Assembly (NCBI GenBank): GCA_964016885.1
Contig: OZ024746.1
Span: 61,008,001 to 61,072,000, forward strand
Direction: 5' to 3'
DNA length: 64,000 nt
From: Eledone cirrhosa
Lineage: Eukaryota
Below, piece by piece: positions 13,366 through 30,380 of the stretch. The position numbers were made by a program, and so were the translations under genes. The stretch's first letter is position 1, and every line of letters starts with the position of its first letter. Below the pieces are notes generated by a model. That model saw only the letters and a program-made list of their open reading frames with translations. It searched no databases and was not told where the DNA came from.

Positions 13366-13673
13366 GAGAGCTATATATATACTAATATTTAAAAGTCAGT
13401 ATGTGTGTTGTCATCAGTTTAGCTGGGTGGCGTTCTCTGCAGATAAGAAACGTTAATGTGTTTGATTTTGTTTTGTTTTACAAGAGTGTATTACTCAGCC
13501 TGAAAAACATGATTCGAACTTATACACCCTAGAGCAACATGGCTAACTGAACTTGATAACCTTCAACTTTTCACAGGCGATATTTATATGCGTTCACACA
13601 CACACACACATATATAGATATATATATACGTATACACATATACATACATCATCATACGCACATACACATGCAT

Positions 13674-13708
<35 letters not shown>

Positions 13709-13783
13709 TATATACGTATACACATATACATACATCATCATACGCACATACACATACACATGCATACACACGCACACACACGC

Positions 13784-14017
<234 letters not shown>

Positions 14018-14019
<2 letters not shown>

Positions 14020-14210
14020 CAAAGGAATTGTGGTAAGGAACCAGATGGACCATAACGCACCAGAGTACTCAATACTTAGGGTAGTAGAGTGGGAAATAAG
14101 AAAAAGTATGACCCCGACGGCAGAGTTCAAGCCGTTTCGACGGCTATTTTTGGACTGAAATAGCCGTCGAAACGGCTTGAGCTCTGCCGTCGGGGTCATA
14201 CTTTTTCTTA
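14018..14210. mobile_element. Family E fold-back insertion
   Basis: Arms about 14097-14149 / 14158-14210; long arm reaches 14018 next to (TA)n. Confidence 0.85.
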
Positions 14211-14280
14211 TATATATAAATATACGTGGAAAAGTAAGAAATCGGAGAACAGACCGTTAATGCATGTTTATTTAAAACAG

Positions 14281-14320
14281 CACCTACGTACGTTTCGCCC
14301 GGATGGGCTTCTCAAAGGCA
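14281..14320 (-). ncRNA. Degenerate HHR in the PLE 3' pLTR
   Basis: TGCCT-TTGAGAA-GCCC-ATCC-GGGC-GAAA-CGTACG-TA-GGTG; the first core box is mutated. Confidence 0.55.
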
Positions 14321-14694
14321 TAAATAACTAAAAGTGTTCCTTACATGGCCCGGAAAGTGTTTTTTGGGGTAAGTTCACGTCAGAGTTCATTCTTCGCAAA
14401 AAAAGCGTGTTTTGATTTTGCAGTAGGTCGAGGGAGGTAACTCTGGGCGGGGTTAGGGCAGTCTTTCCCGGATAAATTTTTTATCCGTTACAAGATGTGG
14501 TTACAATCTTACGATTGTAGATACGCACAGGGTCAGGTAAGCAACGATTATTTTGAGACGTTTGTTTTTCTTCACCTGCCCGCCTGGGTCATTTGAAGCT
14601 GTGTCTGGGATGCATGGTTAGTTTCCGGATGTTTTTTGCAGCGCATGCCTGCCGGAATGTTAAAGCTTGTTGCAGGGAGACCCGGTATACGGTT

Positions 14695-16236
14695 TCACTC
14701 CTCATCCTTATCCCATCTGAAGAAGGATATTTTTAAGCGATGTATACAACATATCGTCGTTTCAACTCTGCTGTTGATGAGCTCGTGGAGTGAAGTTATG
14801 ATGTGGTAGAGCTCCATGAGGCAAAGATCGCATTTCCTCTTGAAATTGTACGGTACAGCCCTGCCGACAATATCCCAGTGCGTGGAGAAGCTGATATTTA
14901 AGTCTTTAATGATGTGATGTAGTGATGTGAAAGAGTGGAGATGTGTTCGAAATCTAATTTTGAACGGGCCAGAGGTAGCCTCTATATAATGTTTAACGCT
15001 ATTGTGGCTAGTTACAGTGCACCGATATATAACCCTATCAGTCAAGCAGCATCCTCTAAGGGGGCAACGTCCCCTGTTGCGGCAGTTGCAATTTCCGTCG
15101 CAGTGCCTTCTAATTCCCACGGTAAGGCTATCATTATTGCTATCTACGTTGTTATCTACGCTCCCGCACCTGTCGTTAGCACCATTATAACCCACTGAGC
15201 ACGGGGTGGTACGATTATTATTCCGCACGTCATGTCCTGCATGTTCCCCAGTCATGTCGCGGTTATGCTGGTTGCGTCTGTAGAGACTGTTGCCAGCACT
15301 ATTGGATGCTGGTAGGGAGTCGTTAAGGCCGATATAGTTATTGTCAGGTGTAGGTGCGTCTGTGCTAAGGTGCTGTGTCTTGGTGATGTTACTGTGGTTA
15401 GTTGTTCCTATAATGTCTGCTAGGTTAGGAGTAGTAGAGAAGGATATTTTTATATTGTTCCTATTAAGGATTTTTCTATACCTATGGTTGGGTGGAAAGT
15501 TCTTCTCTAAGGCTTCGAAGAATATCCGGGGTATGTTGGAGGCCACACTCCGAGAGTAGGGGGGATGGAACCATAGGACGTTACGGTGGCGATTACGTAT
15601 CCTTGTACGTTTGCTACGGGTGGTTCCATCAAGGTGACCGTTCTTATGCATGTTAATGCGCTGTAGCCCGTTCCGTACCCCTTTCACTTTATGCTCGGGT
15701 GCACTCTTCTTCCTTCTGCTATGTTTATGTACAGGAAGATGTTGGTTGGAAGTCGTTGGTAGTAGGCCGTCGCCTTTGTTGATTTTATAGTAGTGGGAAT
15801 AATTCGAGTAGGCTACAGTGGTCACTGTCACCGGGGTCGTGATCTTTATTGTGTGGTAATTAACGTTGTGGCTGTGTTCCTTAGTGCGATTTTCTATACT
15901 ATTATATCCGACTCCTACGAAGTCGCCGCGTGATCGGTTACAGGTATGGCTTACTATAACGTTCGTCTTATGAGGGGGGTGGTTTCTAGAGCTAGCGTTA
16001 GGGATGTAGGAAATTCTTGGGTTAAAGCCAGCGCTTATCAAGGCCCTATTGTAGTAATCGGCCGCTTGGTTGAAGATATCCTCATTGGCGGAGAGTTTCG
16101 AGATTCTATGTGAGATGCTATAGACTATGGAGTTGAAAGTCTGCTTAGGGTGGTTGGAGGCATAATTAATATAAGAAAGGATCTCTCCAGGCTCATGGTA
16201 TGGCTTGTATTGGCCCGTACTCAACTCCAGGGTCAC
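14695..16236 (-). CDS. PLE polyprotein C-terminal part (RT thumb, linker, GIY-YIG endonuclease); likely non-functional
   Basis: YINYASNHP, WFHPPYS, CNC..CPLRGCC, VIYRC..HYI, CDLCLME; homologous to 49700-51916. Confidence 0.8.
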   Translation of the reverse strand: MTLELSTGQYKPYHEPGEILSYINYASNHPKQTFNSIVYSISHRISKLSANEDIFNQAADYYNRALISAGFNPRISYIPNASSRNHPPHKTNVIVSHTCNRSRGDFVGVGYNSIENRTKEHSHNVNYHTIKITTPVTVTTVAYSNYSHYYKINKGDGLLPTTSNQHLPVHKHSRRKKSAPEHKVKGVRNGLQRINMHKNGHLDGTTRSKRTRIRNRHRNVLWFHPPYSRSVASNIPRIFFEALEKNFPPNHRYRKILNRNNIKISFSTTPNLADIIGTTNHSNITKTQHLSTDAPTPDNNYIGLNDSLPASNSAGNSLYRRNQHNRDMTGEHAGHDVRNNNRTTPCSVGYNGANDRCGSVDNNVDSNNDSLTVGIRRHCDGNCNCRNRGRCPLRGCCLTDRVIYRCTVTSHNSVKHYIEATSGPFKIRFRTHLHSFTSLHHIIKDLNISFSTHWDIVGRAVPYNFKRKCDLCLMELYHIITSLHELINSRVETTICCIHRLKISFFRWDKDEE

Positions 16237-16378
16237 GGCCAGGAAGTTGACAACCTAGTGGTTGAGGTATAGTTACGGATAGGCCGTATGACTTGTAGAA
16301 CCTGTGTATATGCTTGTTAACGTTCTCTATCCTACGAGGGCTATGGTTCCTAACGGTAAACAGGGCGTCGTCCCTATA

Positions 16379-17226
<848 letters not shown>

Positions 17227-17243
17227 CTCTCTCTCTCCCTCTC

Positions 17244-17286
<43 letters not shown>

Positions 17287-17439
17287 ATATATATATATAT
17301 ATATATATGTAATCTGAGTTTTTCGAAAATTAATAATAACATTCGATTCGTTTGCAATTATACAAACAAGCCTCATTTTTATAGCCATGTCAGTAGAATG
17401 AACCCTTCATTCTTGCTCTTGTGTTGGCATATAAACAGA

Positions 17440-17486
17440 ACTGCCGACACTAATGTTTCTGGGTATCACCCTTCATCAGTACAGCT
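17440..17486 (-). ncRNA. Type I HHR-like motif
   Basis: CTGATGA-A-GGGT-GAT-ACCC-A-GAAA-CA-TTAG-TG-TC; stem I imperfect. Confidence 0.55.
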
Positions 17487-17610
17487 CACTGTTCACCTGC
17501 CAACTTCAGAGCTAGTAAATATATATGCTATTTTCGAAAATATACACTGATTAATCGGCCTGATTTGCATATTAGCAGACTGGCTGATCAGTCAGATCTG
17601 CATATTAATA

Positions 17611-17708
<98 letters not shown>

Positions 17709-18249
17709 GTGTAGTATTGGACTTCCGTGAGCTACGACGACGTGTATTCCTGTTGATACGATCAACGGAACAGCCTACTCGTGAAATTAACGTGCAAGTG
17801 ACTGAGCATTCCGCAAACATGCGTACCTTCAACGTAGTTCTCAGGGAGATTCAGCGTGACACAGAATGACACAAGGCTGGCCCTTCGAATTATATGTTAA
17901 TTCCCCCTCTTCAATTAACCCCCTTCAGTATTCCCTTATTTATATACTGTGTCTACTATTGAATGTTAGTTCTTGTTATCTTTACATCTAACTTTAAAAA
18001 CAACTCTCTCCCTCCTTCAGCAATAGTATATTCTTCATCCCAGAGGAATAGCAGAGTGAACTGAATTCGTGTAGTAAGCGTTATGTATGTATATATGGAG
18101 AGGAGGGGGGATATTAGCTGTGTTAATATAGATAATAAACACAACCACAAGGATATGGTCCGAACGTGGAAGAGCCGAACTTCCAATGTCATCGCCCCCA
18201 TCTCTCTCGCCCTCTCCAGAGTTTAACTGGGACTGTGGAAATGCCTATA

Positions 18250-18590
18250 GAAATATACACATTAAGTCTATGAATAATTAATGAGTACTCGTAATCAGTG
18301 AGCTGCTCAACATTACCAGACTTAGACCAATTACATCAATTGTCAAGTCAAGAGTACTCAAACTATACGGTCATATAAAAAGATCAACACGCAGTGTGAG
18401 TAGGTTATGGCTGGAAGGAAGGTTGGCTGGTAAGAGAAGCAGAGGCCGGTAGCCAAAACGATGGCTTGATAATGTCAACTTATGGACTGGACTTGATCTT
18501 TGCTCTTTGAACTCTGCTGCTGGTGATCGAACTTTGTGGAGAAAAATATCTCATGTTGATGCGCAGTCTGCAACTGGCGGAGTCTAGCAT
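18250..18590 (+). mobile_element. Decayed RTE LINE 3' fragment
   Basis: Translates to LWLEGRLAGKRSRGR*PKRWLDNV, resembling RTE ORF C-termini. Confidence 0.55.
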
Positions 18591-19116
18591 CAAAAGAGAC
18601 TTTTAATCTAATTTTGACTTTAACTGGAGCCCGCATCAGAAAATATATATATCAAACAGTCCCAAGGAAACACACACACACACACACACACAATTACAAG
18701 GAAATACACACACGCACAACAATGTATGTGTACATACATATAAACACACGCATGCATGCATATAGGCGTGTATGTATGTCTCTGTGTATATGAGTGTGCG
18801 TGCGTGTATGAATCTATTTGTACATTGTCACACACACACACATGTCATTTATATACGTATGTTCCAACACGCGCACCCAAATAAATACAACATGTATATA
18901 TTCCAGATGTGTCCACCACTGTTGCCGACTTAAAACAGTTAACGTACATAGTTGACGTAATATACCCACCCTTTTATATCGAGTGCTGTAACCCTTATCA
19001 AACGGACTGTTTGCTACCTTATCTTTACAGAAATAATTTATTTTGTAGAACATTTTTCATTTTATTTTAAAGTTATTTTTCAAGTTTTAACCATTCACTA
19101 ATGTATTCTTATTATT

Positions 19117-20075
19117 GTGGATTGGCAGAATCGGTAGAGCGTCGAACAACGTGCTTTATGGAATAGAGTTATCATCCTTTACGATCTGAGTTCCAATTCT
19201 GCAGAGGTTAGCTTTGCCTTTCATCCTTACGGAGTCGATAAAATAAAGCACCAGTAACGTACTGGGGTCGATTTAATCGACTTTCCCCTCCCCCAAATTA
19301 CTGGCCTTGTGCCTATACTAGAAATTATTATTAAATGGCAGTATCGGTAGACGGTCGGACGCCATGCTTTCCAGCATAGAGTTACGTCCCTTTACGGTTC
19401 AAATCCCACCGAGGTTAACTTTGCCTTTCATCCTTACGGGGTCGATAAATAAAGTACCAGTAATAAACTGAGGTAATTGCTGGCCTTGTGCTAAAAGTAG
19501 AAACAATTATTAAAATCCTGCTGAGGTTAGCTTTGCCTTTCATCATAATGGGGTCGATAAAATAAAGTACCAGTAATAAAGTGGGGTCGATTTACTTGAC
19601 TTTCCCTTTCCCCCAAAATTGCTGACCTTGTGCTTAAATCAAAAACTATTATTAAAATATTGCATGTGGATTATCAATATCGGTAGAGCGTCGGACAACA
19701 TGCTTTGTGGCATAGAGTTACGGTCCTTTACGATCTGAGTTCAAATTCTGCCGAGGTTAACTTTGCCTTTCATCCTTACGGGGTCGATAAAATAAAGTAC
19801 CAGTTACGCACTGGTGTGGATTTAATCGACTTACTCCTCTCCTAAAATTGCTGGCCTTGTGTCTAAATCAGAAACCATAATTCAAATATTTGTTTCTAGT
19901 TTTTGCACAAAGCCAGCAATTAACCCAGTGCATTACTGGTACTTTATTTTATCGACCCCGTAAAGATGAAAGGCAAAATTAACCTCGGCGGGATTTGAAC
20001 TCAAACCGTAAAGGGACGTAACTCTGCGCCGGAAAACATGGTGCCTAAACCTCTACCGATACTGCCAATCCACCG
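19117..20075. mobile_element. Cluster of 5 family B SINEs (4 on +, 1 on -)
   Basis: Repeated CTTTCATCCTTACGGGGTCGATAAAATAAAGTACCAG cores with ATT-rich tails. Confidence 0.85.
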
Positions 20076-20712
20076 CCAAATATTGATGGCTACTTTGTAA
20101 TTAAAACTCAATTTTTGATGAATTTCGTTTATTACACAGGCAAACTCCACGCTACGGAAATATTGCGTTTCTAAAAAAATTACCGCAACGCGAAATCTAT
20201 TTTCATATTGATATTGTTATAAAGTAAGAAGCCTTTCAACAATTGAGCATTAAAAGGTAAATATCCTGAGCATTAAAAGGTAAATAAAAGCAAAATAAAT
20301 AATAATAAAAAAAACAAATTAAAAAAAAACAAAAAAACACACAAAAAAAAAAAGAAAAATAAAGAAATAAACGAAAGAAACGTGTGGCACAACAACTTTT
20401 ATGCATGAAAATAACAATTTTAAAATACACGTTTCTAATTCTTTAACAGTTCTTATTTTAATCTGTTTTTTTTCTCGTATTATTGTTTATGTTCACAGAT
20501 GTCCGTATTCGGGGTTTATAGAAGACAATGTTACTATGACAGTAGTCATTTGTAAAATCTCCCTGAGGACGTCAGCTAGTCTCTAATTACGTGTGTTCTT
20601 CATAGTTATGCAATTCTGCATTATATTGTAAAACTCGTTGAGCGTGCAGATTCACAGAAACATGTGTATGAATTAATAAATGATATAACTTCATCCATTG
20701 TTTTCTATTTGT

Positions 20713-20817
<105 letters not shown>

Positions 20818-20821
20818 GGAT

Positions 20822-21170
20822 ATATGGTGGATGGGTGCTACACGAGAATGCTGAGGATGGTTCTGAACATTAATCAGTATACACTGAGGATGAAAAACTC
20901 AGAGCTGTATGGGAGCCTCCTAAAAGTCAGCTCAAAAGTGACACAGAGGAGACAGGTTAGCTGGACATGCTGACCGACATCCAGAGTTGACATTGCACTC
21001 AGTGCTTCCGTGGGAGCCCCTGCATGGACACAGTGGAAAAGGTTAACATGTGTTGATGCCCTAAGGACAGACACTGGTCTGTTGGAGACGGAGAACATGG
21101 CAGCGATAATGAGGGACAGAGACCGCTGGAGAGAACTCGTCCATGGATCTCAGGAATTTTACCCGCCCTA
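20822..21170 (+). mobile_element. RTE-group LINE 3' fragment
   Basis: VDGCYTRMLRMVLNI..NSELYG..KVSSKVTQRR, then AGH after a frameshift. Confidence 0.65.
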
Positions 21171-21175
21171 AATTT

Positions 21176-21625
21176 CGTGAAAGCAGCGATTCTTTGCTTA
21201 AACTTTAATCTGTTCTTATAATATATATATATATATTATAATATAATATATATATATATATTATAATATATATATATTATAATATATATATTATAATATA
21301 ATATATATATTATCTTATAATATATATATATATATATTATAAGAACTGATTAAAGTTTAAGCAAAGAATCGCTGCTTTCACCCTCAGAAGATCCCGTTAA
21401 GGGTGAAAAAAACGCACTTTGTATTTTATCTGATGAAAGCGTATCAAAGTTTTTGGTACCCTTGAAATATATATAATAGAATAAATATAGTTTTATAAAT
21501 ATAGTTTCCATTTATATATAATATCATTGAATATTATACTCCAGAAACTTGTCGAGTGCTCTGAATCAGTTATAAGCATTTATATTTGTTGAATTACCAA
21601 CAAATTGAATATCCCTTCTACTTAT
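21176..21625. mobile_element. Family G fragments in both orientations plus a diverged family D copy with HHR remnant
   Basis: 21176-21220(+), 21338-21383(-), 21384-21408(+); CTGATGA at 21430 with downstream TGAAA. Confidence 0.6.
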
Positions 21626-21845
21626 AAATGGATATATATACTTAACAAAAGAAGAGGAGACGAATCGTGAGTTTCACGGTAATACTGTAATATTGACGTT
21701 AGCTGTCAAAATAGACGTACACAGTTACGGCCCTTATTGTTCCATCCGGAGTCACAGTGTCTGACAATAGAGTCAAACACTGTCCTTGGAGTATTAATAC
21801 GAAAACAAACAAACTAACAAAAAAAACAACAACAACCCAAAATCG

Positions 21846-21879
<34 letters not shown>

Positions 21880-21972
21880 TATACGGCATTTAAGTCGTAC
21901 AATATGAGACGAATGCACACACAGAAAGACTGTCGGAGAACATGAAATATATTTCGTGAACTTAATATTATA

Positions 21973-22035
<63 letters not shown>

Positions 22036-22313
22036 ACACTACTGTGCCAAAAGTAGAATCAATTATCTAAAAGGGGGTTGGTTAAAGCAAATACGTTATT
22101 TGCTTTAACCAACCCCTTTTAGATAATTGTCCGTCAACAGAAAAGTCATTCGACAAAATTGTGCTTTATATGCATTAGAAGAATTTAAAAAACTAAGACA
22201 TACGAATGAAATAAATTTCTAATAAAAAACATTGATATATATATTATTTCAAACAGCCATGAATATCGGTTGGAAAATAATATTTAATTTATTAGAAGAG
22301 GATAGGAAATATA

Positions 22314-23590
22314 ATTGTTTCTACTTTAGGCACAAGGCCAGCAAGTATCCAGTACATTACTGGTACTTTATTTTATCGACCCCGTAAGGATGAAAGGCAA
22401 AGTCAACCTCGGCGGGATTTGAACTCAGATCGTAAAGGGACGTAACTATGCTGGAAAGCATGGCGTCCGACCCTCTACCGATACTGCCAATCCACTAAAA
22501 TAGATGAAACAAAGATAGTGCTCGCTTGCCTCCGTCTCAACCGTTCGTCTTCGGGGTAATTCTGTTGTTTCTCCGTCTCTCTGTTACGTGTGTATTTCTC
22601 GCGGGCTCTGCTCACCTGTCATCTTTCCCATCTTCATACTAGCACTAGGTACTAATCTTAAAGAGCTTCCAAAGCTGGTTAAAGAACCTTAGCCCAACCC
22701 CCCTTTTTTTTTTAATACACAGAAAGGCTACTGGGAACAGTAGACCCTCCGATACGTGGGAACAGTAGACCCTCCGATACGTGCTGAATACCTGAGGCTG
22801 CAGGTAGCGGCTTGATGCTCATTAGGGCAAATTTTCCGGTTATAAATAACATCAATGACAGATATCAAATTCATAATAACAATAATAACAATAATAATAA
22901 TAATGTCTCTACATTTTGCACAAGGCCAGCAATTATCTCAGTGCATTACTGGTACTTTATTTTATCGACCCTGTAAGGATGAAAGGCAAAGTTAACCTCA
23001 GCGGGATTTGAACTCAAAACGTAAACATTAATAATAACAATAGTTTCTGGTTTAGGCACAAGGCAAACAATGTTTTGGGGAAAGGAAAGCCGATTAAATC
23101 AACCCCAGTGTGTGACTGGTACTTTATTTTATCAACCCCGTAAGGATGAAAGGCAAAGCTAACCTCGGCAGGATTTGTATTCCGAACGTAACCAAACGTC
23201 GCAAAACGTTTTGTTTGACGCTTTCATGATTCTGCCAATCCGTCGTGTTAGTAATAAATAATAGTTATTTCTATTTTTGGGCACAAGGCCAGCAATTACC
23301 CCAGTGCATTACTGTTGCTTTATTTTATCGGCCCCGTAAGGATGAAAGGCAAAGTTAACTTCAGTGGGATTTGAACTCAGATCATAAAGGGCCGTAACTC
23401 TATGCTGCAAAGTATGGTGTCTGACGCTCTGCCAAAAATACAAATGATAATGACAATAATTGTTTCAACATCAGGCACAAGGCCAGCAATTACCCCAGTG
23501 CATTACCGGTACTTTATTTCATCGATCTCGTAAGGATGAAAGGCAAATCTATAACCTCGGCCGGATTTGAACTCAGAACGCAAACGGCCA
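22314..23590 (-). mobile_element. Cluster of 5 family B SINEs
   Basis: Copies at about 22314-22495, 22905-23025, 23040-23245, 23268-23430 and 23460-23590. Confidence 0.85.
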
Positions 23591-23934
23591 TTGCTTCTAA
23601 TGTAAGCAGAAAGTCACGGTTTTAAAGGGAGAGAGAAAAGTCACTTATATCGACCCCTACATTTGACTGATTCTTAATATATCCAACACACAGTCATAAA
23701 AGACACAGCCGAGGTCGTCAAATTAGAACACAGAACGCAAAGGGACATAACTAAGCATTGTAAGACATTATTCTGCACCCATCCCAACTACAGCCGATAG
23801 ATCCAGACACAATGCATAATTAAAACAACATCGCGTGAAAATGTAAATACAAGAGAGTCTAAAGTAAAAATAAATAAACACGCAGATAAACAAAGACATA
23901 TGTGTTTGCATTTACGTATCTGTTAGAGTAGATA

Positions 23935-25900
<1,966 letters not shown>

Positions 25901-26481
25901 AATGGTGTAGGAACGTGAATGATAGTCACGTGTTTCTTTTTGTTGTTGTTGTTTATTTCTCACCCTGACTTCCATATCACCTAAACACCTTTACTCATCG
26001 ACAGCCACACCTACCTACCTACACACACATACACACACACACACACACACATACACATGGCTTATTGGTTAGAGCGTTGGGCTTGCAATCGTGAGGTGGA
26101 AATGTATCGATTCATATGTAGTTCTATAATTTTCTATATAGATAATAAAACACAAACACAAGGATATGGATCGATAAAATAAAGTACTAGTCATTTCTGG
26201 GGTCGATTAAATCGACTTTCCACTCCCCCTAAATTGCTGGCCTTGTGCCTAAATCAGAAATCATAATTATGATATACGTGAAATGTATGTAGTTAACTGT
26301 GAGTGTGTGTGCCAATGAGAATATTTGCGTGTATCTTAGAATATGTCTGTGCCTTCTTTGTTGCTAGTATTCATGATCACGTTCGTTTTCCATTATTGGT
26401 GGCAAATGACGTTTCTCATTATTACGTAATAAATAAATAGAGATACATAATAAGTAACCGGTTCGGCCATATATATGTATG

Positions 26482-26558
<77 letters not shown>

Positions 26559-26560
<2 letters not shown>

Positions 26561-28295
26561 TCATCATCATTTTACGTCCGCTTTTCAAGGGTGGGACGGG
26601 TCCTATTCAGCACAGCATCTCTCCATTCGACACGCCCCTTCGTAATCTCTTCCGTGAGATTCAGCGATCTGAGGTCAGCTCTCATCACCTCTGCCCATGA
26701 TTTTCGTGGTTTTCCTCTACTGCGTCTTCCTTCCACTGGTACTTCTTTACCCAGCGGTCATCCTCCATGCGCACCACATGCCCATACCAACGCAGTCTTC
26801 GCTTCCGCACACTACACCTTATCCCTCTTATACACAGTTTCTCTCTCAACTCGTCTATGCTTGGTCGTTCACGCACATTGACATTGCACATCCAATGGAG
26901 CATGCTTGCTTCATTTCTCTCCAGCCGTCGCAAATCCTCCGCAGTTGCTGCCCATGTCTCAATACCATGCAGCATCGCGCATATCACACAGACATCATAC
27001 AACAGGCCGTTCGTTCGTAGGGAGAAACCCTTCTTTGTTAACAGAGGAAGCAGCTTCCTAAACATCTTCCAACCCGTCCTTATTCTAGATACTATGGCCT
27101 CGGAGCACCCTCCTCCCTTGCTAATCTGATCACCCAGGTATCAGAAGCTATCAACCACCTCTATAGATCCTACCTGCATTTGAAACATGTGTCTATCACT
27201 GCGACTTCTATTGTCAAATTTTCCTGAACACCTACTGCATGTGTAATTTTCCTTACCTGTTAGTTTGCCTGCTATCCCACTACATCTCTTGTGTAACCAA
27301 GATCCGCATTGTGTACATTCTATAGAATTTATGCCAGCTCCTTTTCTACATATCGATCATGGCCATTTCCCTGATGGAATCAGAGTTTTGTCCTCTTTTA
27401 TACCTATCAACACTTTAGTCTTAGCTAGGTTCACTCTCAGTCCTCTTGATTCCAACTGCTGTTTCCATAGCCAGAATTTATTTTCTAGCTCCTCTACGGA
27501 TTCTGCTATAAGTACCAGATCGTCAACATAGAGAAGTTCCCATGGACAGCCAGTCTTAAACGCCTCTGTTATGGCTTGGAGAACTATAATGAACAAGAGT
27601 GGGCGAGAACCGAACCCTGATGCACTCCTATTTGTATCTGGAATTCCTCACTAAACTCCATTCCTACCCTCACTTTACTGACAGCACCTCTGTACATAGC
27701 TTGCACTGTCCTCACAACCATTCCTCTACATAATTTCCTTATGGACCACCAGATGACAGATCGGGGTACTCTATCAAAGGCCTTCTCTAGGTCAACAAAA
27801 GCTAAGTTTAGTGGCTTATTCTTCTCTAAGAACCTCTCTTGTAGTTGTTTCACTAAGAAGAGGGCATCTGTTGTACTTTTTCCAGGCACAAAACCAAACT
27901 GCATTTCATCTAATTTGACCCTTTCTCTAATTAGTTGCGTTAGTATTCTTTCTGTCACTTTCATAACCTGATCCATCACTTTTATGCCCCTATAATTGCT
28001 CCTCTCCAGAGCATCCCCTTTACCTTTGTAGCAATTCATAAGAATACTGTTGCACCAGTTGTTGGGTATGACTCCGCCATATATAGCTTGATTGACTATG
28101 CTTGCAGCCAGTTTAGTTCCTACTTCTGATGCCTTCAGCATCTCAGCAACTATCCCTGACAGTCCAGCGGCCTTACCACTTTTCATTTCCTTAATTGCCT
28201 CTTTGACCCTATAGTCGTCAATCTCAATAGCTGGTCCCTCTTTCGGATCTACTGGGGGTAGTTTCTCTCTCTCTCCCATTCATTCTCAACATTCA
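26559..28295 (-). pseudogene. 5'-truncated RTE-clade LINE (reverse transcriptase), frameshifted
   Basis: NYRGIK, QFGFVPGKSTTDA, FVDLEKAFDRVPR, GVHQGS, LLYVDD, RRLRWYGHV; (ATG)n tail at 26559-26570. Confidence 0.9.
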
Positions 28296-28312
28296 TATAT
28301 ATATATATATAT

Positions 28313-28398
28313 AACGAAGGAAGTGTGGTAAGGAACCAGATGGACCATAACACACAAGAGTACTCAATACTTAGGGTAGTAGAGTGGGTAATAGGAAA
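28313..28398 (-). mobile_element. Family E single-arm fragment
   Basis: AACGAAGG..GGGTAATAGGAAAA directly after (TA)n. Confidence 0.8.
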
Positions 28399-28429
28399 AT
28401 AATATATCTACCTACATATCTATTTACTC

Positions 28430-28745
28430 AACCTACCTACCTACCTACCTACCTACCTACCTACCTACCTACCTACCTACCTACCTACCTGCCTACCTAC
28501 CTACCTACCTACCTACCTACCTACCTACTTACCTACCTACCTACCTACCTACCTACCTACCTACCTACCTACCTACCTACCTACCTACTTACCTACCTAC
28601 CTACCTACCTACCTACCTACCTACCTACCTACCTACCTACCTACCTACCTACCTACTTACCTACCTACCTACCTACCTACCTACCTACCTACCTATCTAT
28701 CTATCTATCTCTCTCTCTCTCTCTCTCTCTCTCCCTCTCTCCCTC

Positions 28746-28794
<49 letters not shown>

Positions 28795-28795
28795 A
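28430..28795. repeat. (CTAC)n/(CT)n microsatellite
   Basis: Direct inspection. Confidence 0.95.
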
Positions 28796-30014
28796 TCTAT
28801 TCATCTGTCTATCCTTATTTATTTATTACGCAATATAGAGAAAAAACGTCATAATATGTGGAAGAACCACTATCCAGTGATGTTCTGATTTTACTACAGA
28901 TTATAAACTATTGTATTGTTACAATATGATCTCTGTATTTTTACCAAAGTAAGAATTACAGCTAACATTGTTGAATCCAATCCTTCCCTCTGTTGCTATG
29001 GTGATAATGAAACCGTCAGGGTTTTCAACTCTTGAAGTAACAACACAATTATCGGTCGTCCTCTGATAGTTTTGTGGTCGAACCTATAGCAGCGAAGAGG
29101 TCCGGCGTTCTTTGCCCTCCCCCCTCTCTGGACCAAATCCCAACTCACTACTATCGGGGTAGAGTTGGATACCCGCGGGAACGATCTCCGTTAGCTGGAA
29201 TGACTATTCTAACGTGACTCTTTCTCCAAACTCCGGAGTAACATTTAGTCCATTCTATAAATTGGAATACGAGGCGGCATACACATGGATTCTCACATAC
29301 CAGAGACAGCCATCCACGCAACCACTTCCTCGGAGCCTGCATCACTGGGGTAGCGATGCTGTGACATTCATCAATGTAAAACAAATACTGTCTATTTATA
29401 AATATTTGATACACCAACGATATACACTGTATACCATAATCCCCCCCCCCCCCGGACTGACTGCTCTACAATTTTCTGGCAGGTTCAGTCCAAAACTTTC
29501 AATGACTGCCTTATTTATTGATGGCCATGGCAATGCTGAGTCTGGCAGGAACTTGAGGTCTTTTAAATCCAAACGGAAAATTTGATGGCTTCAGTGGTAT
29601 TCTGGAAATATAATATTGTATCCAACTTTTTCTTCTGACATGATTGGGAACTCCTGAATATGAAGGTGAGTTTCGAGCCAATGGTTCTTTCACATATTAT
29701 GACGTTTTTCTCTATAGTTTTGCAAGATCTAAGGTAAGGTTTGACGGAGATTTGGATGTTATTTCTATAAGGCTTGGCTAACATGAACTGGTCTCTTTCA
29801 TTAGCTTATATATACATACATACATTTATATATATATACATAAATACATACATATATACATATATGCATGCATGCATACATTCATACATACATTCATACA
29901 TACATACATTCATATATATATGCATAGAAACATACATATATACATAATATATGCATACATACATGCATACATAGATACATACATAATACATACATACATA
30001 CATACATACATACA

Positions 30015-30380
30015 TGGTGGTGGCTGCCAACTCGTTTTCGAGTACGGCCACTACTTTATATCCATGTAGGAGAACCCCTACCGATGCGCTGAACGAGTGT
30101 GACTTTTTAGTCCAGCCAGCGACTTGAAAACTCTGGTACAAACACTACACTTGTGACAATTATTGACACATAGTGCTGGGCCCATGGTACCATGTGACGA
30201 CAAGTGCAGAGAGATCTCCAGATATAAAGCAATGCCTGTGCCGTGAAGCTTTTATAGTGAGCAAAGGCACTGCACAAAGCCAGTCCCACTCTCTTAACCA
30301 AGATGATATTTACCAAAAAGAAGAACAAGTCAACATCATTGGATACCATCAGGGTTGCAGGTGTTATATCAGAGTTGTCC
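30015..30380 (-). mobile_element. 5'-truncated copy of the 2690-3306 element
   Basis: Near-identical to 2690-3050, with the same (ATGT)n tail. Confidence 0.8.

Larger units (their letters stand above)
14220..16378 (-). mobile_element. 5'-truncated Penelope-like element
   Basis: Begins at the RT motif YRDDALF (about 16358-16378, frameshifted), then thumb, GIY-YIG ORF, 3' UTR and an HHR-like motif; embedded in (TA)n. Confidence 0.85.

Noticed and set aside
19117-20075. Repeat-spacer-like pattern resembling a CRISPR array
   Set aside because: Units are 150-210 bp SINEs in eukaryotic DNA; no cas genes.
22060-22129. 70-bp hairpin
   Set aside because: Real but single-copy here, not in (TA)n and without diagnostic motifs; cannot be assigned.
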